A DNA stretch of 64,000 nt from Clostridia bacterium (GCA_017510525.1 JAFWNC010000008.1:11119-75118), one strand, 5' to 3'. Positions 9,843-20,752 are shown, counted from the stretch's first letter. Numbers and translations are program-made. The notes: a model not told the origin generated them from the sequence alone.

Positions 9843-11411
9843 ATGAGTAGAAATAGAGGTAGAAGATTTGATGCCCAGCCTAGGATTAATATGAAAAAGG
9901 TTATAGCTACTATAATTGCTTTTCTAGTTATCATAATGGTTGTAGCATCAATAATAATTCTAATCAAAAGAAGTAAAAATCAAAATACAACAGCTGAAGA
10001 TATAAAATATTTTGCTTATTATTCAAGTAATTCAAATAATGAGAAAGTAAAATATGGAGAAGAAGAGATTAATCCGCCTAGTTTAGGAGTTATAAATAGT
10101 AATGGAGAAGTTGTTATACCTGCTAAGTATGATTTAGTAATAGTACCAGACAAAACAAAAGGATTATTTATTACTACTTTAACAGGTGAAAATGACAATG
10201 TAACAGTTAAAGTTTTTAATGAAAACAATGAAGAAATACTAGATGATTTTTCTAATATAGATGCAATTAGTAATTCTTTAAATGGAGAAATATGGTTTGA
10301 AGAAAATGTATTAAAATATCAAGAGAATGGTAAATATGGATTGATAGATTTTGATGGAAATGTTCTTCTTTCTCCAGAATATGAATATATTGGAGCTTTA
10401 AATGGAATTGAAAGAAGTTTGCTTTTAATCAAAGATGGAAAAACTGGTTTATATAATAATGTTTCTAAAGATATTATTATAGAACCAAAGTACAAATCTA
10501 TTGAAGCTTTAGGAAAAACTTATAATGATGGATATATTGTTAAAGACGAAAATGATAAATATGGTATTATAGGACCTGATAAAAAAGTAATTTTAGAAAC
10601 AAAATATGATGAGATTTCTAAAATTAATGGAAATGGAATGTATAATGTTAAAAGTGAAGGTGACAATATAGTAATAAACACTGAGAATATAGTAGTTTTA
10701 TCAACTGGATTCGATGAAGTAAAATCTATTGATGGAGACAATATAATTATAAGAAATGGAGACAAATATGGAATACTAAACAGTAAAAGTGAAACTGTTA
10801 TAGAGCCTAAATATGAAGATTTATCTTATTGTTATACTGATACTTATATAGCAAAACAAGAAGGAAAATATGGTGTTATAAATACTTTAGGTGATGTAAA
10901 AATTGATTTTAAATATTCAAATATAGAATTTAGAAAAGATGTAAACATTTTCGTATGTGATAATTCTGATTATACATCTGATTTATATAGTAGAGAGCTT
11001 GAATATAAGGTAACAGGAATAATATCAAGAGCAGACTCTGAAAAAGGCTATATAATGGTTAAAATCAATAATGAAGTAAAATATTATAATCTAAAATTTG
11101 AAGAAAAAACTGAGAAAGATATTTTCCCAGATAATACATTGTTCTTAGTAAAAGAAAATAACAAATATGGATATGAGAACAAAGATGGAGAAAGAATAGT
11201 TGATTGCATTTATGATGATGCAATGCCTCAGAATGAGTATGGTTTCTGTAGTGTTAATAAAGGAGGAAAATGGGGTGCATTAAAATCAGATGGTAATGTA
11301 ATTGTTGAACCTAAACTTGAAATAAATGAAAGTGTATTAATAATTAATTTCATTGGAAAATATCATCGTACAGAGTTATTTGACGGATTAGAAGTATATA
11401 CAGACGAGTAA
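9843..11411 (+). CDS. membrane-anchored protein with about 10 WG-containing (KYG/KWG...E/DPKY) repeats
   Basis: N-terminal TM segment. Recurring KYGLIDFDGNVLLSPEYEYI, KYGIIGPDKKVILETKYDEI and KWGALKSDGNVIVEPKLE units. RBS AAGGAGG. Confidence 0.7.
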   Translation: MSRNRGRRFDAQPRINMKKVIATIIAFLVIIMVVASIIILIKRSKNQNTTAEDIKYFAYYSSNSNNEKVKYGEEEINPPSLGVINSNGEVVIPAKYDLVIVPDKTKGLFITTLTGENDNVTVKVFNENNEEILDDFSNIDAISNSLNGEIWFEENVLKYQENGKYGLIDFDGNVLLSPEYEYIGALNGIERSLLLIKDGKTGLYNNVSKDIIIEPKYKSIEALGKTYNDGYIVKDENDKYGIIGPDKKVILETKYDEISKINGNGMYNVKSEGDNIVINTENIVVLSTGFDEVKSIDGDNIIIRNGDKYGILNSKSETVIEPKYEDLSYCYTDTYIAKQEGKYGVINTLGDVKIDFKYSNIEFRKDVNIFVCDNSDYTSDLYSRELEYKVTGIISRADSEKGYIMVKINNEVKYYNLKFEEKTEKDIFPDNTLFLVKENNKYGYENKDGERIVDCIYDDAMPQNEYGFCSVNKGGKWGALKSDGNVIVEPKLEINESVLIINFIGKYHRTELFDGLEVYTDE

Positions 11412-11443
11412 AAAATAAAATTACAAAAGAGGAGAGATATATC

Positions 11444-12682
11444 TTGGAATTGAATGTTAAATATCAATATTCATATTTCTTATATCCTTATGTTGTTGAA
11501 GAAGATAAATATGAACGATATATTATAAGGTTATTAAAAGATAAGAATTGTGAATTAAAAATATTTGAAAAAGAAAAAGACTTGGATTTATATAATTATT
11601 TTCATCCTAATATTAGAGATAATTATTTTCCAACATTTGAACTTAGAAATGAGAAATTAAAAGAATTTAATGACATGTCTGTTGAGAAAAAAGCTAGATC
11701 TATATCAGGATATTCTTGTGTTTCTTTTAATTATAATATGGCTGAAGATATACAAGGAAAAATGGGAAATGAAAATGGAATTTTCTTTAATATTCCTAAA
11801 ATAGAGATAATATGCTTTAAAACGGGAATATGTTTTCTAAGTATAAAAACACATATGGAAGAATCAGAAAAGTTTGCTGATTTATTAAATTTTAATTATA
11901 AATTTAAGGAAATAAATTCTGAATTTAGTGATTTAAAGAAATTTGAAAATATTAATATTCAAACAGGAATTTATAAAGATTCTAAAAAAATAACTGATGT
12001 AATAAGTGAGATAACAGGAGATAGTAAAAGAACAGATTTAGTAAATAATAAGTTTTATACATTTTCATATGCATGTATTCCTTCAGACTATTGGAATGAG
12101 AGAAATGATTTTGAGAATCTTGAAAGTGAGTTTCTGAAATATGCTAATACTTTTCCAAGCAATTATATTGTAGGTCTAAATAAAAACAATGATGAACAGA
12201 ATTTGAGTGTAATTTCAAAGATGAAGTATTCTAGAACAGGAATAACAAATATGAACTGTAATCTATTATGTTCAACAGCTGATATGTATAATTATACAAA
12301 GCTTCCTTATGAATATGAAACTATGATTTATTATACTTATATTTTAAGATTATATCAAAAATTATTCTTAAATTATATTAATTCAGAATTTAAAAATTAT
12401 GAGAGAATAATTAAAATAAGACGAAAATTTATTGATTTTACAAATACTTTATGGGCTAAAGATATTACTAATGATGATACAGGAAGTTTATATTATAAAA
12501 TGTTAAATGAAACATTAGAAATTGAGGAACTATTTGAGCAAATAGGGAAAAAATACGAAATTATTTATAAAGATTTAAACATAGAAAAGAATAATAGAGA
12601 TAATATAATTGTTGTAATGCTTCTAATTACTTCACTTGTATTAAATACTATTACTATAATTTCATATTTATATCTGAAATAA
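11444..12682 (+). CDS. hypothetical protein, 412 aa, with a single C-terminal TM helix
   Basis: TTG start 9 nt after GAGGAG. No family recognised. Tyr/Asn-rich. Confidence 0.5.
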   Translation: MELNVKYQYSYFLYPYVVEEDKYERYIIRLLKDKNCELKIFEKEKDLDLYNYFHPNIRDNYFPTFELRNEKLKEFNDMSVEKKARSISGYSCVSFNYNMAEDIQGKMGNENGIFFNIPKIEIICFKTGICFLSIKTHMEESEKFADLLNFNYKFKEINSEFSDLKKFENINIQTGIYKDSKKITDVISEITGDSKRTDLVNNKFYTFSYACIPSDYWNERNDFENLESEFLKYANTFPSNYIVGLNKNNDEQNLSVISKMKYSRTGITNMNCNLLCSTADMYNYTKLPYEYETMIYYTYILRLYQKLFLNYINSEFKNYERIIKIRRKFIDFTNTLWAKDITNDDTGSLYYKMLNETLEIEELFEQIGKKYEIIYKDLNIEKNNRDNIIVVMLLITSLVLNTITIISYLYLK

Positions 12683-12685
12683 TAA

Positions 12686-12723
12686 GGTTGAAAAATAATT
12701 TTATTTTTCAACCAGATTTTTTT
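12686..12723 (+). terminator. intrinsic terminator
   Basis: ggttgaaaaataattttatttttcaacc followed by a T-run. Confidence 0.6.
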
Positions 12724-12743
12724 AAAAGGGGAATAATTAAAAA

Positions 12744-13103
12744 ATGATAAGATGTGGAACAGATATTATCGAAATAGATAGAGTTAGAAAATCTATTGAT
12801 AATATAGGCGAAAAATTCATAAATACTATTTTTACAGAAAATGAAAAAAGGTATTGTGAATCTCATAATAAAATGAAATATCAACATTATGCTGCAAGGT
12901 TTGCTGCTAAAGAGGCTATATATAAGGCTTTTAGCGGAAAAAAAGAGCTATCTTGGAAAGATGTTGAAATTATTAATAATGAAAGTGGAAGGCCTAAAGT
13001 AGTTTTTTTGAGAGATATGGGAGAAGATGAAATAAGTGTAGACATATCTATTTCTCATTGTAAAGATTATGCTACTGCAAGTGTTGTAGTGTATTTTGCA
13101 TAA
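12744..13103 (+). CDS. acpS: holo-[acyl-carrier-protein] synthase
   Basis: MIRCGTDIIEIDRV...; 119 aa, typical AcpS. Confidence 0.85.
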   Translation: MIRCGTDIIEIDRVRKSIDNIGEKFINTIFTENEKRYCESHNKMKYQHYAARFAAKEAIYKAFSGKKELSWKDVEIINNESGRPKVVFLRDMGEDEISVDISISHCKDYATASVVVYFA

Positions 13104-13145
13104 ATTAATCATCTTAACATATATTTAAGTATAATATATGTTGAG

Positions 13146-13865
13146 GTGATTTTTTTGTATGTTATTGATAAAAGAAGAATTTTAGTTATTGTTAGTAGTA
13201 TTGTTTTTTCAATTTTTTTTGTAGCAGTTAGCGTTAAAAAAGTTGAGAAAACTGTTATGACTGCGACTTCTCCTGTTTGCGATAGGGTAGTAATTTTAGA
13301 TGCTGGTCATGGTTTGCCTGATGAAGGAGCTGAAAGTTCAAATGGAACAACAGAAAGCCAGATTAATTTAAATATTGTTTTAAAGGTACAAAAATTATTA
13401 GAACAAAGTGGGTGTAGTGTTGTTTTAACACGTTCTGATGAAAATGGAATTTATGATATTGAGAGTAATTCAATTAGAGAAAAAAAGGTTTCTGATATAA
13501 AAAATAGGGTAAAGATCGGGAATGAGAGTAGTGGAGACATATTCGTATCTATTCATCTTAATAAAATACCTCAGAGTCAGTATTATGGCTGGCAGACGTT
13601 TTATAATAAGAGGTCAGAAGAAGGAAAAAAGCTAGCGGAGTGTTTACAAAATGGATTAAATGATAGTATTGATAAGGATAATAATAGAGTTCCTCTAAGT
13701 ATTTCTGGAAAGTATATTGTTGATAATGTTGAGATTCCAATGTCTATAGTTGAGTGCGGTTTTTTATCAAATCCTGAGGAAGAAAAGTTACTACAAACAG
13801 ATGAATATCAGAGTAGGATTGCATGGGGGATTTATTTAGGAATTCAGGATTATTTTGAACAGTGA
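13146..13865 (+). CDS. cwlD: N-acetylmuramoyl-L-alanine amidase (amidase_3; CwlD-like germination amidase)
   Basis: VVILDAGHG...DIFVSIHLN...VECGFLSN. N-terminal TM segment. Start is GTG at 13146 or the in-frame TTG at 13155 after GAGGTGA. Confidence 0.7.
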   Translation: MIFLYVIDKRRILVIVSSIVFSIFFVAVSVKKVEKTVMTATSPVCDRVVILDAGHGLPDEGAESSNGTTESQINLNIVLKVQKLLEQSGCSVVLTRSDENGIYDIESNSIREKKVSDIKNRVKIGNESSGDIFVSIHLNKIPQSQYYGWQTFYNKRSEEGKKLAECLQNGLNDSIDKDNNRVPLSISGKYIVDNVEIPMSIVECGFLSNPEEEKLLQTDEYQSRIAWGIYLGIQDYFEQ

Positions 13866-13866
13866 A

Positions 13867-13889
13867 AGAGGTGAGCATTGCTCACCTCT
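13867..13889. terminator. putative bidirectional hairpin between convergent cwlD and the HD-GYP gene
   Basis: agaggtgagcattgctcacctct, with no strong T-run. Confidence 0.35.
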
Positions 13890-13894
13890 TGTAA

Positions 13895-14833
13895 CTAAAC
13901 TCTTAATTTTTTAATCTGTTTTAATTCTCCTTTTAGTCTATTTATAATCTCCATTCTTTCTTTTAAAGAAATTCGATATTCTTCTAAAACAAATTTAAAG
14001 TTTTCGATTGATTCATTTGGAGCTTTTAAATACATTTCAACTCCTGCTTTGTAATACTCTTTATTTTTTTCAGATTTTGCTTTTTCATATCCTTTATAAT
14101 ATTTTTCAGCATTTTCTAATCTCTGAATTTCTTTTTTAACATAGTCTAAATAGGTGTATCTTTCATAAATTTCATATTCAGTATCATCTGCTATTACTTT
14201 AAATAATGCTTTTAGTATTTTTTTATCGATTTTACCTACTTTTGCATCTTTTACAAGCATTTTAAGGCCATCTTGTTGCTTAACGGGTTCAGAGTTTTCT
14301 ATTAAAATGTTTAAGGTATCTATAATTCCAATATGAGTTTTATATTGCCTTTTAGCACTTATTGCCTCAAATTCATCAGCTACTCTAATAATTTGAGCTT
14401 CATAAGGTATGTCTTTTTTAGTTAGTCCTTGAGGATAACCAGATCCATTTAAAGCTTCGTGGTGATATAATGCACCAGCAGCATAAGGCCTAAGTTTCAA
14501 GTCTTTCATACACATATTATATCCAATTGTTGTATGTGTTTTCATTACTTCAAATTCTTCATCAGTTAATTTTGAAGTTTTTTGAAGAATACTTGGTGGG
14601 ATAAACATTTTACCTAAGTCATGTAAATAAGCACATACAGTTGTATAAATTGTAAATCCTTCATCTAAATGTAGATATTCACATAATCTACATGTTATAT
14701 TGGCGACATTTTCACAATGTTTTCTAGTGTATACATCTAGACTATCTAGCATAGCTAATTGATATCTCATCGTTTTATCAAGATTGTATGATTTTATTGC
14801 GGTTCTACTATAAAAATCAAATTCTTCTTTCAT
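13895..14833 (-). CDS. HD-GYP domain protein (predicted c-di-GMP phosphodiesterase)
   Basis: HD...HDLGK...HHEALNGSGYPQGL motifs. Full 312-aa ORF. Confidence 0.75.
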   Translation of the reverse strand: MKEEFDFYSRTAIKSYNLDKTMRYQLAMLDSLDVYTRKHCENVANITCRLCEYLHLDEGFTIYTTVCAYLHDLGKMFIPPSILQKTSKLTDEEFEVMKTHTTIGYNMCMKDLKLRPYAAGALYHHEALNGSGYPQGLTKKDIPYEAQIIRVADEFEAISAKRQYKTHIGIIDTLNILIENSEPVKQQDGLKMLVKDAKVGKIDKKILKALFKVIADDTEYEIYERYTYLDYVKKEIQRLENAEKYYKGYEKAKSEKNKEYYKAGVEMYLKAPNESIENFKFVLEEYRISLKERMEIINRLKGELKQIKKLRV

Positions 14834-14857
14834 ATCTTATTTTCCTTTGTTTTTTTT

Positions 14858-14879
14858 ATGGAGAACTTAAGTGCTCCAT
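14858..14879. repeat. family-2 palindromic element (degenerate)
   Basis: atggagaacttaagtgctccat in the divergent intergenic region between the HD-GYP gene and smc. Confidence 0.5.
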
Positions 14880-15005
14880 TTACACTATTATAATTGTATA
14901 TCCTAATTTTTTATTGGTCAAGGGGTTGATAATTTTTTTTGTTTAGGATATGATAATTGTGCACAAAAAGTGTAAAATATGGAGTTAGAAAAGGACTAGG
15001 GAAAT

Positions 15006-18000
15006 ATGTATTTGAAGAGATTGGAATTGCAAGGATTTAAGTCATTTGCTGATAAAACAGTTTTAGATTTTATGCCAGGAATAACTACTGTTATAGGACC
15101 TAATGGATCAGGAAAAAGTAATATTTCTGATGCCATTAGGTGGGTTTTAGGTGAGCAGAGTATGAAATCACTAAGAGGGTCTAAAACAGAAGATGTTATT
15201 TTTGCTGGAACACAGGCAAGAAAATCTTTAGGATTTGCTGAGGTTTCTATTATTTTTGATAATCAGGATGGAAAGCTACCTATTGAATTTAGTGAAGTTA
15301 CAGTAACTAGAAGAATTTATAGAAGTGGTGAGTCTGGTTATTTTATTAATAAAACACCTTGTAGATTAAAGGATATTTTAGAACTTTTAATGGATACAGG
15401 TATTGGTAAAGACGGATATTCAATTATTGGACAAGGAAAAATTGACGAAATTCTAAGCAATAAATCTGAAGAAAGAAGACATATTTTTGAGGAAGCTGCT
15501 GGAATTGTTAAATACAGAACAAGAAAAGTTGAATCTGAGAAAAAGTTAGAGCAAACAAAGCTTAATTTACTTAGAATAAATGATATATTATCAGAAATCG
15601 AATCAAATATTGAACCTTTAAAAATACAATCTGAAAAAGCAAAGAAATTCCTAGACTTGCGTGAAGAGCTAAAGAGCATAGAAATAGGTCTATTTATACA
15701 TAATATTGAGCAATATAAGCTTAAAATAGATGAGATTATTAAAGAAGAAGATATTTTTTCTACTCAAAGTGTTAGAGAAGAAGAAAGATTATCTAATATT
15801 CAAGAACAAAAGGAAAATCTAAAAAAAGCAATTGATGATATAACAACTAAAATAGAGGAAATGCAGGCATTAAGCTTTGAAAGTGAGAAAAAGAAAGAAC
15901 AGTTTAATTCTGAGATTCAGATAAACCAAGAAAGAATTGTTAATAATAAAGAGAATTATGATAGATTTGCAGTTGAAATTGAAGAATCAAAGAAAATGAT
16001 TGAAGAACTTGAAGAAGAGAAGAATCAGAAAGAGAGTAAAAAATCAAATTTGTTTGAAAATAAAAAGAAATTTGCTGATGAACTAGAGGAGAAAGAAAAA
16101 CAGCTTAAAGAAATTACAGAAAAACTATCTAATGAAGAGATTGAAATTGAAGGGAAAAAACAGCAAGTTGATAAAAATATTGATGACAAGTTTGAAATGG
16201 GAAATACAATCAGTACTTTGGTTGCAAATATTGAAAATGCTGATAAAAGAATAGTTGCAATAAATCAAGAAATTTCAAATTATGTTTCAGAATTAGATAG
16301 CTCTAGGATTAAAAAGAGTGAGATAGATTCAGGATTTTATGAAATTGAAGCTAAGAGAAATCAAATAAAGAATAATTTATTAGAAATTGATGAGAAGCGT
16401 AAGAACTATGAAGCAAAACTAAAAGGATTTGTTGATAATATTAATAATATCGAATCACAAATTAGATTTAAAGATTCTAGATTGCATTTCTTAGAAGAAA
16501 CAGAAAAAGAAAAAGAGGGTTATGTTAGAAGTGTAAAAGCAATACTTACTGATTGTGAGAAAAATATTAGCTTGAAGAAGGGAGTTCATGGGGTTTTAGC
16601 AAATCTTATTTCTGTTCCTAAAGAATACGAAACAGCGATAGAGATGACTTTAGGACAAGCAATGCAAAACATTGTTACAGATACAGAGCAAGATGCTAAA
16701 AAATTAGTTGAACATTTAAGAGTTAATAAACTTGGAAGAGCTTCGTTTTTGCCAATTTCGTCAGTTAAAGGTAAAAAACTTGATAAAATTAGTAAAACCG
16801 GCGGAGTAATTGGAATTGCTTCTGACCTAATCAAATATGATAAAAAATATGATGGTATTGTTCAGAATCTATTAGGTAGAACTGTAATTGTTGATACAAT
16901 GGATAATGCTATTTTCCTAGCAAAACAGTTTAAATATAGTTTTAAGATTGTAACATTAGAAGGAGATGTTATAAACCCATCTGGAATGATTTCTGGTGGT
17001 AGTGTTGCCCAGAAAACTGTAAATATTTTAGGTCGTTCTAGAGAAATAGAAGATTTGAAGAAAGAAATCAAAAATTTAAAAGCGAAATTAGAAAAAACAA
17101 TCAAAGAAAAAGAAGACTATGAAACAGAAATGGAAGATACAATTGAGCTTGTTGCTTCTTTCGAAAAAGAAATGCAAGATAGTGAGATTGTTTATGCTAC
17201 TGAAAAACAGAAGGTTATTTCTATTGAAAATGAGATTTCTAAAATTGAGGAAAGACTTGAAAGAGTAAAGAAAGAAAAGGAAGACCTTGAAAGTCAGAAA
17301 AAAGACAATTTAAAAATTCAAGATGATTTGAAAGAAAGAATTAAAGAAATTGAAACTCAAAATGAAGAGTTGAATAAGGAAATTACTGAATTTGCAGTAA
17401 GAAATAAAGATAAACAAAAAGATATAGATGACTTAAATTTTGATATTACAAACTTAAAAATCTCAGTTTCTTCTTTTGATGAAAGTGAAGTATCTATTAA
17501 AGAAATGATTGAGAGAATTGATAGTGATATTGAAAAAACTAATGTAGTTATTGAAAATAAGACAAAGCAAAGAGAAAAGATTTTAGAGGATAATAAGGCT
17601 TTAGAAGAAAAAATTGAAGAGCTTAAATTAGAAATTGAGAAATTAAAAGATGATGTTGAAAATGGAAATACAAAAGTAACAGACTTAAAAGAAGAAAGAG
17701 TAAATAAAAACAAAAAATTAGAGGAGACAGAAGAGGAGATAACTTCTCAGATTGAAAAGATTGATGGATTAAAAGACCAAATATCTAAATGTGAGGTTCG
17801 TAAATCTAAAAATGAATATGAATTAGAACAAGTTATAACTAAAATGTGGGAAGAATATGAAATTACTCCTCTTGATCCTGGAGAATATACTAAACCTGAG
17901 AATGTTAAAGAAGTTGAGAAAAAAGTTTCTTCTATTAGAGGAGAAATTAAAGAACTTGGAAGTATTAATATAGACGCAATTGAGGAATATAAACAATTAA

Positions 18001-18548
18001 AAGAAAGATATGACTTTATGTCTGAGCAGAGATTAGACTTAGAAAACACTGTTGCAAAACTTAAGAAGGTTATTACTGAAATGGTAGACATAATGAAAGA
18101 CCAATTTGACAAAAAGTTCAAAACAATTAACAAATATTTTGGAGAAGTATTTGTTCAATTGTTTGGTGGTGGCAAGGCTGAGCTAAAACTTACTGATGAA
18201 GCTAATATTTTAGAAAGTGGAATTGAGATTGAGGTTCAACCACCTGGAAAGAAACTTCAAAATATGTCTCTTTTATCTGGTGGTGAAAGAGCATTTACTG
18301 CTATTGCTTTATTGTTTGCAATTTTAAAGATAAATCCTGCTCCATTCTGCGTATTAGATGAGATTGAAGCTGCTTTAGATGATGTTAATGTTTATAGATT
18401 TGCTGATTATTTAAAGAAATATACAGATAGCACACAATTCTTAGTAATAACACATAGAAAAGGAACAATGGAGGCTGCAAATACAGTTTATGGAATCACA
18501 ATGGAGGAAAATGGTATTTCAAAATTGTTATCATTAAGCTTAAAATAA
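15006..18548 (+). CDS. smc: chromosome segregation protein SMC
   Basis: 1180 aa. N-terminal Walker A GPNGSGKSN. Long coiled coils. C-terminal LSGGE...DE signature. Confidence 0.95.
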   Translation: MYLKRLELQGFKSFADKTVLDFMPGITTVIGPNGSGKSNISDAIRWVLGEQSMKSLRGSKTEDVIFAGTQARKSLGFAEVSIIFDNQDGKLPIEFSEVTVTRRIYRSGESGYFINKTPCRLKDILELLMDTGIGKDGYSIIGQGKIDEILSNKSEERRHIFEEAAGIVKYRTRKVESEKKLEQTKLNLLRINDILSEIESNIEPLKIQSEKAKKFLDLREELKSIEIGLFIHNIEQYKLKIDEIIKEEDIFSTQSVREEERLSNIQEQKENLKKAIDDITTKIEEMQALSFESEKKKEQFNSEIQINQERIVNNKENYDRFAVEIEESKKMIEELEEEKNQKESKKSNLFENKKKFADELEEKEKQLKEITEKLSNEEIEIEGKKQQVDKNIDDKFEMGNTISTLVANIENADKRIVAINQEISNYVSELDSSRIKKSEIDSGFYEIEAKRNQIKNNLLEIDEKRKNYEAKLKGFVDNINNIESQIRFKDSRLHFLEETEKEKEGYVRSVKAILTDCEKNISLKKGVHGVLANLISVPKEYETAIEMTLGQAMQNIVTDTEQDAKKLVEHLRVNKLGRASFLPISSVKGKKLDKISKTGGVIGIASDLIKYDKKYDGIVQNLLGRTVIVDTMDNAIFLAKQFKYSFKIVTLEGDVINPSGMISGGSVAQKTVNILGRSREIEDLKKEIKNLKAKLEKTIKEKEDYETEMEDTIELVASFEKEMQDSEIVYATEKQKVISIENEISKIEERLERVKKEKEDLESQKKDNLKIQDDLKERIKEIETQNEELNKEITEFAVRNKDKQKDIDDLNFDITNLKISVSSFDESEVSIKEMIERIDSDIEKTNVVIENKTKQREKILEDNKALEEKIEELKLEIEKLKDDVENGNTKVTDLKEERVNKNKKLEETEEEITSQIEKIDGLKDQISKCEVRKSKNEYELEQVITKMWEEYEITPLDPGEYTKPENVKEVEKKVSSIRGEIKELGSINIDAIEEYKQLKERYDFMSEQRLDLENTVAKLKKVITEMVDIMKDQFDKKFKTINKYFGEVFVQLFGGGKAELKLTDEANILESGIEIEVQPPGKKLQNMSLLSGGERAFTAIALLFAILKINPAPFCVLDEIEAALDDVNVYRFADYLKKYTDSTQFLVITHRKGTMEAANTVYGITMEENGISKLLSLSLK

Positions 18549-18551
18549 ATT

Positions 18552-18734
18552 AAATTTGCAATTTATGGTTTTATTTGCCCTCGACAGGGTAGTTCTATTA
18601 TTTTTTTGCTTCGGTTTCCCCAATGGAGGCTGTAACTCGCTATTGCTCGAACAGCCCTCATCGGTCCCCACAACACCTCGCTGAAAAATAATAGAACTAC
18701 CCGCACGGGCTTTAATGTTTGTAATTGCAAATTT
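18552..18734. ncRNA. candidate structured RNA or palindromic element (6S-RNA-like architecture); strand unknown
   Basis: Outer inverted repeat (IR) aaatttgcaatt/aattgcaaattt. Perfect 19-bp IR gggtagttctattattttt (18587-18605) / aaaaataatagaactaccc (18684-18702). The GC-rich 78-nt centre holds the gaggctgt...acagccctc hairpin flanked by two unpaired stretches. Confidence 0.3.
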
Positions 18735-18771
18735 GCTATAAAGCAAACAATTTTGAAAATAGGAGGGCAAT

Positions 18772-19533
18772 ATGGATTTTTTTGATTCTCATGCTCATTA
18801 TAATGATGAGAGGTTTTTGGAGAATAGAGATGATTTAATAAAAAGAATGTATAAAAATGAAATAACTGGAATTATTTGTGCTGGTTATAATTTAGATTCT
18901 TCTATTGATGGTATTAATTTTGCTAAAAGTTTTCCACATATGTATGCAACTTGTGGAATTTCACCTAATGATATTGATGAAAATGTGGATAATAACATTA
19001 AAAAAATTGAAAGTGTTGCGAGTGATGAAAAGGTTGTAGCTATTGGCGAAATTGGACTTGATTACTATTGGAATAAAGATAATAAGGAAAAGCAGAAAGA
19101 GGTTTTTATAAAACAGATTGAGATTGCAGATAAATTAGACTTGCCAATAGTTATACATACTCGTGATGCAACTATTGATACTATTAATATTTTGAAAGAG
19201 CATTGTCCTAAGAAAAAGGGTGTTTTTCATTGTTGTCCATTGAATCAGGAACTTATTAAAGAGGGGTTAAAACTTGGGTTTTATATATCTTTTAGTGGAA
19301 ATATAACATTTAAAAATGCTAAAGCTGAGCCTTGTGTTGAATTGGTACCTATGGATAAGATTTTGATTGAAACTGATAGTCCTTATTTGGCACCAGAGCC
19401 ATTAAGAGGTACAACAAATATTTCAGAAAATGTGAAATTAGTGGCAAAGAAAATTGCTGAGATTAAAGAAATATCAATTGACGAAATTGCAAAGATTACA
19501 TTTGATAATACAAAGAGAATATTTAGATTATAA
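18772..19533 (+). CDS. tatD: TatD-family metal-dependent hydrolase
   Basis: MDFFDSHAHYND..., 253 aa. Confidence 0.8.
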   Translation: MDFFDSHAHYNDERFLENRDDLIKRMYKNEITGIICAGYNLDSSIDGINFAKSFPHMYATCGISPNDIDENVDNNIKKIESVASDEKVVAIGEIGLDYYWNKDNKEKQKEVFIKQIEIADKLDLPIVIHTRDATIDTINILKEHCPKKKGVFHCCPLNQELIKEGLKLGFYISFSGNITFKNAKAEPCVELVPMDKILIETDSPYLAPEPLRGTTNISENVKLVAKKIAEIKEISIDEIAKITFDNTKRIFRL

Positions 19534-19538
19534 TCATA

Positions 19539-19563
19539 AGGGCGGGGATGGAACCCCGCCCAC
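19539..19563. repeat. REP-like element, family 1
   Basis: aagggcggggatggaaccccgcccac. Confidence 0.6.
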
Positions 19564-19650
19564 TTTAATTATAAAACTATTGTAATTAAACCAAATTTGT
19601 AGTATAATTATTGGAGCTTTATTGAAAATATAAAAAAGGAGAGATTTGGT

Positions 19651-20712
19651 ATGTTTCAAAAGTTAGAAGCTGTTGAGAAACGTTATGATGAGCTTACAAA
19701 ACTTATAAGTGATCCAGATGTTATTTCTAGACAATCAGAGTGGCAAAAATACATGAAAGAACATAGTGAGATTGCTGAAATTGTTGAAAAATATAGAGAG
19801 TATAAAAAGGTTAAAGAAGCAATGGATGAGGCTCGTGAAATGCTTGGAGATAAAGATTTAAAAGAGCTTGCTGAAATTCAAATTGAGGAGTCTAAAGAAA
19901 AGCTTCCAAAGATTGAAGAAGAATTAAAAATGCTTTTAATTCCTAAAGATAAGGATGATGAAAGAAACATTATCTGCGAAATCAGAGGTGGAGCTGGTGG
20001 TGAAGAGGCTGCTTTATTTGCTGGAACTTTATTTAGAATGTACTCAATGTATGCTGAGAGAAAGCATTGGAAACTAGATATTTTAAATGAAAATTCAACT
20101 GGACTTGGTGGTTATAAAGAAGTTTCTTTTATGATCACTGGTAAAGGAGTTTACAGTAGATTAAAATTTGAGAGTGGTGTTCATAGAGTTCAAAGGGTTC
20201 CTGAAACTGAAAGTAGTGGTAGAATTCATACTTCAACAGCAACTGTAGCTGTTCTTCCTGTTGTTGAAGATGTTGAAATTGAAATAAATCCAGCTGATAT
20301 TAGAATGGAAGTTTATAGAGCCTCTGGTGCAGGTGGACAACACGTTAACAAAACTTCATCAGCTGTAAGATTAATTCACGAACCAACTGGAATTGTCGCA
20401 GAATGTCAAACTGAACGTTCTCAGGTTCAAAATAGAGAATATGCAATGAGACTTCTTCGTTCTAGATTATATGAAATGGAGAAGGAAAAGCAAGATGCTG
20501 AGCTAGCAAATGAGAGAAAATCTCAAGTTGGTAGTGGTGATAGAAGTGAGAAGATTCGTACTTATAATTATCCTCAAGGTCGTATAACTGATCATAGAAT
20601 TGGTTTAAGTATTTATCAAATGGAAGATTTCTTAAACGGAAATCTTGATGAAATGATTGATAGTTTAACAGCAGCAGATAGAGCAGAAAAATTAAAAGGT
20701 GGAGAAGAATAA
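19651..20712 (+). CDS. prfA: peptide chain release factor 1
   Basis: GGQ motif ([11 protein letters not shown]). [10 protein letters not shown] tripeptide region. 353 aa. Confidence 0.9.
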   Translation: MFQKLEAVEKRYDELTKLISDPDVISRQSEWQKYMKEHSEIAEIVEKYREYKKVKEAMDEAREMLGDKDLKELAEIQIEESKEKLPKIEEELKMLLIPKDKDDERNIICEIRGGAGGEEAALFAGTLFRMYSMYAERKHWKLDILNENSTGLGGYKEVSFMITGKGVYSRLKFESGVHRVQRVPETESSGRIHTSTATVAVLPVVEDVEIEINPADIRMEVYRASGAGGQHVNKTSSAVRLIHEPTGIVAECQTERSQVQNREYAMRLLRSRLYEMEKEKQDAELANERKSQVGSGDRSEKIRTYNYPQGRITDHRIGLSIYQMEDFLNGNLDEMIDSLTAADRAEKLKGGEE

Positions 20713-20722
20713 AATTTTATGT

Positions 20723-20752
20723 ATCGGGCGGGGACAAGCCCCGCCCCTACAG
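20723..20752. repeat. REP-like element, family 1
   Basis: atcgggcggggacaagccccgcccctacag. Confidence 0.65.

Noticed and set aside
18540-18770. 76-aa minus ORF over the palindromic element after smc
   Set aside because: Covers a nested inverted repeat. Better explained as structured RNA or repeat than as coding.
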